Shown: positions 54,366 to 64,000 of the stretch, piece by piece
Position numbering within the stretch: position 1 is the stretch's first letter
How the letters are laid out: each line of letters starts with the position of its first letter
Assembly (NCBI RefSeq): GCF_009914755.1
Contig: NC_060930.1
Source: the human T2T-CHM13v2.0 reference genome, Homo sapiens
Reading direction: 5' to 3' (one strand)
Length of the DNA: 64,000 nucleotides
Position numbers and translations under genes: made by a program
Notes under the pieces: generated by a model
The model's input: only the letters and a program-made list of their open reading frames with translations
Told to the model about the DNA's origin: nothing
The model's database searches: none

Positions 54366-56446
54366 CATATCTTACCAACACTATGAATTTTGGGTAGCCA
54401 CTTAAACCTCTGAAAAGCATTCCATGTTTTCTAAGGAGACTCAGTCACCCAAATTAGTCTGTAAACGGTGCTATTTGAAAAAACATGAAGTGAAATGGAA
54501 ACTTTAGGCAGTTGTGGGGAGAACATTCTACTGGGCAAAAGTAAGCAACAAAGAGATAGTTTAGCCTTGTCTAAAGGTCTTTGAAGTGCTCTTTTATTAA
54601 TCAAAAAAAAAACAAAGATTAGAAAATTAAAACAATTGGCAAACAGCATTGGTTTTCATGTCAAGGACCAGGGCCCACCCTCAAGTCCCCTCTCCCCTAG
54701 GCCTTACATTAAGGCCTTTCATTCTTGACCAGCTAGTCTCTCCTCTAGATAGTGTAGAAAAAAGCTAATACACATAAGCTTGGGAGTCAGATCTATCTTC
54801 CATGAAACTAACAAAAGTATAACACAGTCCGCAAACAAGGATTCACAAGATGGATTCACTTCTAAGAGTCAACCAAAAGATTAGTAATTTAAGACGATAT
54901 ATACAGAATGGTTTACACATGAAAGAGAGCTAGACAGCTGGTTTTGGTCACTATTGCAGTAATAACAAAAGATTATGAAAGCACAAATGGTCTGTACTAT
55001 CATTCTAAAGAGAAGCCATCAGAAAAGAAAGCCTAGAAAAATGGTTCAGAAGAGACCACAGTGGACACCAACACTCAGTAGCTATAAGCCCAACATGTAA
55101 ATAACAATCAAAACTAAATCTCCAGAGATCTCTGACTTCCAAACTCAGACCGATCTAGGAGTCATCAAAAGTCAGATCTCAAGTGTTAACTCCATATTTG
55201 AATAAATATCAGAAAAGACAAGTAAAGATGAATACTGCTAGACATGTCTTCAAAATACTTCATAATGTTCTTTACAAAATTCTGAATAGAGTTGTACATT
55301 TGTTTAAAGTTTAAATATGCAAAAGATAGTTCTGGAATGGAGTAAAGCAGGTAGACTTTCCTCCCTGAATTCCCTGCACGCTGTCAGGTTAAATTCTTCT
55401 AGCCTTGGGGCCACAGTCACCTCATTTTTCAATTCATTGCCTACCTCCTTTTGCAGCTCCCTCTTTCATCATTTTATCTCTGTCCACCTTCTTTTCCTTC
55501 AATGGTGGTGGGATCAGCATTGACTAGGGATCTAAGTCCAACATCTAACCTCCTCCTAGACCCCATACCCACCTCAAGTAAACTATTTTTCAAATAGGTA
55601 AACATTTGCATGTTATCAAATGCAGCTTCAAAACAAGTCCATGGCCCTCCCACCTACAACTATATGGCCACCCATAAGCCCTCCTATATAGGAAACTGGC
55701 CACCAGTGCCCATAAAATATACCTAATTATTTCTGGCCCTGTATACTTGTACTCTACCAAACACCTATCTCATTTCTCCCACACAGTGGTGAGCTTCCAA
55801 AGAATAAAAGTGCATCTTCATACATAACGAAAAGTATCTTCAAACTAAACTTGTGCAAAAATGGTAGTACAATCTGTACTATGCAGCCTCTACTATATCC
55901 TGAGCAGAACAACTGAGGATAGAGGCATATAAAGGGTTAAGGGAAAAAGTCTAATTCATTCACCGATGGACCCCTGCATCTTCATGGCTCTAATTAACAT
56001 AGCCAGTACATTAATACAGTATCAGTTAAAGAATAATCAGGAAACTTAATGACTAATTGAGAAGAAAAACTAAGATTTATTGTAAAAGGAATTTGAATTT
56101 GTATAGCATTGGTGAAGCGCAAACATATGTGTACTTTCATCAGAACTGTAAAGTTCAGAACTTTAGTAATTGGTTACCATCTTAAAATAAAGCTGACAAA
56201 TCAAGTTAAAATAACATGATAACATAGTACACTTCACAAAAAAAAAACCAAAAACAATAAGATTAATTATTTAAAATGGTAGCAGACAGGAACACTGAGG
56301 TCATTCTGAAAAACAGAATTTTCTTGGAATTTCACATGGTTATCAGTACACCGTCTTTAAATATGCTCAGTCTAAATCAGTAATAAGCACCACATCACAG
56401 ATTACTGAAACACACAAGTCTTTATGATTCTATCTGCCAGGTACCT

Positions 56447-56610
56447 GGAGGAGGGAGACGTAAGAAGGAGATGAGGGAAGAGGGGTGAGGAAGTGAATTG
56501 AGAAGAAGAAAAGTAGGAGGGAATAAGGGATGCGGAGACTAGAAAAATAGAGGAGGAAAGAAGAGAGGAAAGGGGAAAGAGGAGGAGGAACAAAGTGGGA
56601 AAAGAAAAGT
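56447..56610. repeat. GA-rich purine low-complexity tract
   Basis: Direct reading of the sequence. Confidence 0.8.
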
Positions 56611-56976
56611 AAAATTATCATATTATAATCCAAAGGTACAAGTTGTCTGGAGCCTGGATTTGAGGGAACACTAGATTAGGGAGCAAGTATAGTCATCCAA
56701 GTGGCAGAGACTAAAACGGTGAGGTTGGGGTGAAATGCAATAAAGTAGAAAGATCTGTTATTAAACTAAATACAGCTTAATACTTGAAGGTGAGGCAGAG
56801 ACAGAGAAGGAATTATGACTCCCAGGTTTCTGATATTAATCACTAACTGAGTCAAAGCCAGCAGGGAAGGTTGGAGGAAGAAAATACATATTTGTACAGG
56901 AATGTAATGATTTCAGTTTGCTATGCCTGGGAAATAAGCAAATAGAGATATGGAAAGAGTGAAAGTTTCCGGGGCT

Positions 56977-57752
<776 letters not shown>

Positions 57753-58234
57753 GGCTCAAAGAGAGGTCAGGACTGGAGTAACAAATTTAGAGTAATGAAT
57801 GAGTTTATAGATGGTAAGTAAGAAATAATGACTTCCGAGGTTGAGCCAAGCAGAATGTCCAGAAAAGTAGAAGAAAAAACAGAAATGAAATTATGAAGAA
57901 AAGGGAAGTAGCTTCCTAAGGAGCTTGTTGCCAAAAGAGTATTTATTGTCCATTCAAAGAACAACAGATCTTCCTTCAAAGCCAGGATTTTCACACACCA
58001 TTTATATGAGCAGGTGAAATTATTGAGAGAAAAGATAAGAATTTGAGTCTCAACACTTCATGTATAAAATAGTTCATTGGACTGCTAGGAAAATTAATGT
58101 ACATATATTCCACATTTATATACAATACCATAAATATACTTACATATAAAGTATGTGTGTAGAGTATATATATAATTTCTGGCACACACTGATGCTCAAA
58201 AAAATGAGAGCTCCTTTCTATTATAGAATAAAAG

Positions 58235-58345
58235 GGCCAGGTGCGGTAGCTCATGCCTGTAATCCCAGCACTTTGGTGGGAGGAAAGCTTGAGCCCAGGA
58301 GTTGGAGACCAGCTGAGCAAAATAGCAAGACCCCCAACTCTACTA
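58235..58345 (+). mobile_element. Alu left monomer / FLAM-like
   Basis: ggccaggtgcggtagctc...ccaactctacta, followed by (TA)n. Confidence 0.85.
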
Positions 58346-58587
58346 TTTTATTTATATATATATATATATATAATTTATATATAATAGTATAAATACTATA
58401 TATAATTTATATATAATAGTATAAATACTATATATAATAGTATATTATATAAATACTATAAAATAGCATTTATTCTCATCCTTTCTTTTATATATATGAA
58501 AGTATAAATACACTTACATATAAAGTATATTTGTATAATATGCTTATATAGCTGCTTCGTGACTTTTCAGCTTTAGGCATCATCTAT

Positions 58588-58644
58588 TGTATTAGTCCCT
58601 TTTCACACTGCTCTAAAGAACTTCCCTGAGACTGGGTAATTTAT
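58588..58644 (-). mobile_element. 57-bp terminal remnant of a THE1/MST MaLR LTR
   Basis: tgtattagtcccttttcacactgctctaaagaacttccctgagactgggtaatttat. Confidence 0.8.
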
Positions 58645-60469
58645 ATAAAGTATATATATGCTTACATATAAAGTATATGTATATATATATACTTACATAT
58701 ATACATGAAAGGATGAGAATAAAAATGCATTAAATGCATGTAGTTCTAATTACAGTATACATTTTTCTTCCTAATATTTGACCAACTTTTAGAAGCAAAG
58801 CAATGGCAATTATATATTTGATTTTTTTAAATGTTTTGAGTTTTCTTGTTTTGCCTTAGGAATGTATAGTGATATTTACATTATCATTATAGCTGTATGA
58901 CCAGGTAAACCATATTAACAATAAGACTGCTTACTGTCATTGGTGGAGTCCACCAAATAATGGCTATTGGATGGGTAACAAACTGCTCCTGATGCTGAAT
59001 TCTTTCACCTGTTTTCTTTTGTTTTTGAAACTGAGCAACAATTAACCTCGACAGGGTTGCTAGAAAATTCCAAGTATATAGACCTAACATGTTCCATCTT
59101 GTATAGGTTAAGACTGGGCCAGTTTTCTTCAATTAGAATCCTACACTGGCCTCTCACCAAAAGGCATGTTAACTGCAGAATCAGATCCAAGAGAAAAAGA
59201 AAAAAAAAAAATCTACCATTCTCTAAGTAACGGTGATGAACTCACCTATGACTTTGCAACCTGCACTTCTCACTAATGTTCTCAGATGTCTGGCTGGATA
59301 AGCGATTTCCAGATAAACAAGAGAAAGGGTAAAACCTCTTTCAGAAAACTCCCTCAATTAGCAATCACCTTCATTTAGCAGCAGCACCTCTACCATGCCA
59401 GCTGCAGGGGGAATTAATTAAATTTAATAGAAGCCACGGGGGAAGTAATTAAATTTAATAGAAGTCATGGATTCCAAATGAAGATAAACTGTATTTGTAA
59501 TCAGACCTACTGTGTCACTTACTCCCAGGTCTGTAAAAGCATGAGCCAAGTACTGTACAAACCGCTTTCCACAGAAACACCAAGTTTCTGGATCACTCTG
59601 TCATTCTCACTTCAAAATGTAGAATAATTGATACGGCATGCTATGGAAAGCATTCCTAATTTTTTAAAAATTCTTTCTGCAAAATAAAAAGTCTGTGACA
59701 CTGTTACATGTCAATTATGTGTAAACGAGCAGATCTGAATAGCACAGAAGCCGTAGCACAGACAAGAAGTAATGAGAGGTTGGCATGTTTGCTTTGGGAA
59801 GGAAAACTAGCAGCCCATTCATCTAAATGCAGTTATGTTTCAATTTAACTAAATTATAAGGTTTGAAATTAGCAATGCTTCAAGCACTCTGGGCTACCGC
59901 TCCCACCAGAACACTTCATCTTTAATACCTGCTCCAGCTTGCAAATAAAACTAAGGAAAACAGTAGGGGAAAAATGCTCAAAACAGCTTTTCTAACAACT
60001 GCAATCTTGTGTTTTTTACCCCTCAGAATATCTAAAGCTTAAATAAGACAAAGTCAAGTAATACTTTTTCTTTTCAAAACTATACAGTATATTCTACTGC
60101 ATAGTTACTTAAATTTTTATCTTATTTATCATAATAAAGTGTAAGCTTCTTAAGGACAAGGATGATCCCAGTTTCAAGTTTCCTATTTCTAAAATACTTA
60201 GCACAGTGCTTTGCACATGGTGAGGGGGTACGAAAATGTTTATCATCCCACTTTAATGAAAAAAAGATAGCATCACTCTCTATGAAATCATTACCAACAC
60301 TAAAAGCAGCTCCTGGTTTGAATAAGCAAGCTGTTATCTTGGTTGGTAGTGAAAAGCCCTGCCAGAATGCCAAGATTTCTACCTGACCTGTGAAATAAGA
60401 GAAATCCTAATTTTGGAGTTATTCTGAGGATTAAATTATATGCAGTTTATTAAAGTACTTTAAGAGAAA

Positions 60470-60720
60470 ATAATAATAGCTAACATATAACAAGTCTCCA
60501 CCATATGTCAGGCACCATGCTGAGCACTTTACATAGATCATTTCATTAAATGCTCACAAAACCACTAGGAGTTGGCTACTTTTTTTATCTCTAATTTACA
60601 GTAGAAGAAAGTAAGATTTAGAGATGTTACATAACTGATCTAGAGATCCACTAAATAATTAGTGGTCAGACCCAATAGCTAATGAGTGGTGAGATCTGAC
60701 CCATGCTTAATCTATTATGA
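60470..60720 (-). mobile_element. MIR
   Basis: taataatagctaacat...tgtcaggcaccatgctgagcactttaca...ctcacaaaaccact. Confidence 0.75.
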
Positions 60721-61073
<353 letters not shown>

Positions 61074-61989
61074 CATTCCTCCTAAAGATAAGAAACGCCT
61101 GTAGCACAAAAGCAAAGGCCTCTTTTTATTTGGAAATATTGGGGCCAAATAAACATAATAAAATACTCCATGACTCAGAAATATCCTTCTTTATGCTGTG
61201 GCAAATGCAAATGTCTTGTTCACATGGCCAGCCACCAGCCATGTTGGATGCCCCTTTATGCATTTCACCTCTAACGCACGTACACGCTATACTGACTCTC
61301 CCAGTAGATGACGGCCCACTATTCATGCCAGCGTCCTTAGGGCCTGCCATGTTACAGATGCTATAGATACTTCACAAATGCTTCTGAACTAAATAAAGAA
61401 CTATTCATTTTTTATAACCTTGGTTCTGGAGTTCTGGAGAGATAATAAATGATGGCTATTTATAATCATTAACTCATCTGAGTATATAATTCCAACTGTT
61501 TAGCTGTTCTGCAAAGAATGTTTGGTCTTTTCATTTCACACCCTTTCTCAATTAAGCTGAGCTGTAACCAAGTTCCCCTATACATATTCCTATTATAGAA
61601 CTCATAACATTTTTCTGCCCACTCACATCCTCCTCTGCTAAACTATAAAGATCTTACCTTATTCCTCTTTTATCCTCAGCACTCAGCACAAAGCATGCCA
61701 CATTAGGCACTAAATAATTACTGGAAATAATTTATGCACAAGGCTTTGTATTAATAAGATGCTAGCTCCTTACCAACAAAAATCAAAGATTTTCTAATCT
61801 GTTTGGGATGAGACAGAGACAAGAAATTATGAATACCATTTACAACTTAAACTCTAATCACTGACCAAGCCCAAAAAGTACTAGCCAAGCAGAGCATTTA
61901 AGAGGGTTTATCTAACAAGATATTTTGCCTTCTCTAAGTGGCAAAGATGACATCAGCTTCTTATGTGTCACTGTCCAATGCCATGCCAG

Positions 61990-62311
61990 TTTTGTTTGTT
62001 TGTCTGTTTGTTTTTGTTTTTGTTTTTTTGAGAAAGAGTCTCGCTTTGTCACCCAGGCCGGAGCACAATGGCATGATCTCGGCTCATTGCAACCTCCGCC
62101 TCCTGGGTTCAAGTGATTCTCCTGCCTCAGCCTCCTGAGTAGCTGGGACTACAGGCACCCACCACCACGCCTGGCTAATTTTTTTTTTCCCCCAGTAGAG
62201 ACGGGGTTTCACCATGTTGGTCAGGCTGGTCTCAAACTCCTGACCTCGTGATCCACCCGCCTCGGCCTCCCAAAGTGCTGGGATTACAGGCATGAGCCAC
62301 CGTGCCTGGCC
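61990..62311 (-). mobile_element. AluS (Sg-like)
   Basis: Full reverse-complement Alu. TSD gccagtttt. Confidence 0.95.
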
Positions 62312-62965
62312 CGCCAGTTTTATAAAATGTGTTTAAATGTTTGCACTCAAGTGATTTTTTAAACATAAGCAAACACACATGCATCTGGAAAGGGCTTCAC
62401 AAATCTCATACTTACACCATTGAAAAAGAGACTTATTTAAAACCCTTTTAACATTTTCTTCCTTCATCTATATCACTTGATATTATTTAAAAGAGCTCAA
62501 TACCTATACTCATGTATTATTTTATGAGAATTTACTATTTTGCTCACTCATGGTATCTGATATCAATCTCTATAACCATTCTTAACACACCTAGAAGGAC
62601 ACTTTTTTCCAGGGCTCTACCTCATTCTTCAATGTTGCTTTTTTCTCCAAAACGGAAACCTGGATAAAAAAATGAAGGGGAAAATACAACAGTAGAAAAT
62701 CCTAGAAGAAATTCTAATAAAATAATCTCATCTCTGCTCTCTAGGTAAAAACAATGATTTTTTTTTCCCAAGGTGCAATTTTTTAAATTGACTATTAACC
62801 AAGGGTAGGAATAAATATATAATATTTGCATGTGAATTAGGTGCTATGTTAACTCAGTAACTGAAAAGTCTAACACATTCACACTTACGCTGTTTTTGCC
62901 CATATGCTTACTTTGTGAGATAAAACTATAGTAGTACAAAAATCAGACAAAGAACTCTATAAGCT

Positions 62966-63300
62966 GGCTGGGTGCGGTGGCTCATGCCTGTAATTCCAGC
63001 ACTTTGGGAGGGCGAGGCAGAAGAATTATTTGAGGCCAGGAGTTTGAGACCAGCCTGGCCAACGTGGTGAAGCCCCGTCTTTACTAAAAATGCAAAAAAA
63101 AAAAAAAAAATTGCCAGGCATAATGGCACACGCCTGTTATTTCAGCTATTAGGGAGGCTGAGACACCAGAATCACTTGAACCCAGGTTGGGGGCGGGGGC
63201 GGAGGTTGCAGCAAGCTGAGATCACGCCATTTCACTCCAGCCTGGGTGACAAAGCAAGACGCATCTCAACAAAAAAAAAAAAAGAAGGAAAAGAAAAGAA
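62966..63300 (+). mobile_element. Alu (S/J) with a G-rich insertion
   Basis: Full Alu. TSD aaagaactctataagc/aaagaaccatataagc. Extra ttgggggcggggg in the right arm. Confidence 0.93.
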
Positions 63301-63659
63301 AAAGAACCATATAAGCAGAGAAATGATATTAATACTTTGACAGTGGAGAAAAGTATGCCACCTGCTTAAACCATATTTGTGTCTAAGGATGTGCACACAG
63401 TTATGACAATGAGCAAGATCACTATTAAGAAATTCACTGTGAAGCATTATTGTACTCAATTTATTTGAAAATTAAAAACAAATTATCTTCTTCTCTGTAA
63501 TAGCAATTTAATTTATCCAAGCTGTTAATGAACCAATTAAACAAAACCACTTGTTCTAATGCATGGAAGAAATTCTACTCTTAGAAATATATACCAAAAT
63601 AATTTTCACATATAAGTATAATTGCTTTATCGTACACTATAACCTCCCCTGCCCCAAAC

Positions 63660-64000
63660 CACGGATACTCAAAGTGAGTGTTTCTCAGGGCCCTCCTGGG
63701 GTCTTTGAGGTCAAAACCATTTCCACGTCATATTAAGGCACTACTTACCTTTTCCACTGATGGTGCAATGAAACTCTTGGTTGGTAAAACTGTTGATTCC
63801 TTTAGCAAGAACTAAGGCAGGGGCAACAAATTTTACTGGCAGTCATTTTACTTTTCACTGACATGCAATCATAGTAAATAGAACGCAGTTTCACTTGACA
63901 ATATCTTTGATAAACATGTAAAATTAATTGTTAAAATCACAATCGTTATGTCATTTTAATATTCTGTATGATGAAGGAAAGTATACATAAAGCATTTCTG
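63660..64000 (+). mobile_element. hAT-Charlie transposon fragment (Charlie4-like), runs off the window
   Basis: tactcaaagtg...gaggtcaaaacc...cactgatggtgcaa...ggtaaaactg...gtatacataaagca resembles Charlie transposase remnants. Confidence 0.65.

Overview
AT-rich primate genomic DNA (human, or an ape I cannot distinguish from it) lying entirely inside PTPRK (receptor protein tyrosine phosphatase kappa), which is transcribed on the minus strand. The only confident coding sequence is the 123-nt exon 2 at 10716-10838 (-), encoding the start of the MAM domain. Positions 1-10715 are intron 2 and 10839-64000 are part of the very long intron 1. The rest is repeats: about 22 Alus; solo LTRs (MER51, THE1, MER41, MER31); DNA-transposon fossils (MER30, MER58A, MER1B, MER47A, two MER8, Charlie); L1/L2/MIR relics; and microsatellites. 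None of the six-frame ORFs is a credible gene, and I found no new multi-gene system. The best leads are: (1) a CpG-retaining patch at 50.7-51.4 kb beside a MER41 LTR, where one MER8 copy keeps 11 CpGs and its sister copy 2 kb away has none; (2) a sense MER51 solo LTR about 300 bp upstream of exon 2 with a weakened poly(A) signal; (3) candidate cryptic or recursive-splicing exons in intron 1 (39 nt poison, 93 nt and 48 nt in-frame); (4) a (GGAA)15 microsatellite; (5) templated-duplication scars. Repeat names come from recalled consensus sequences, not a RepeatMasker run. Boundaries without a TSD are approximate.
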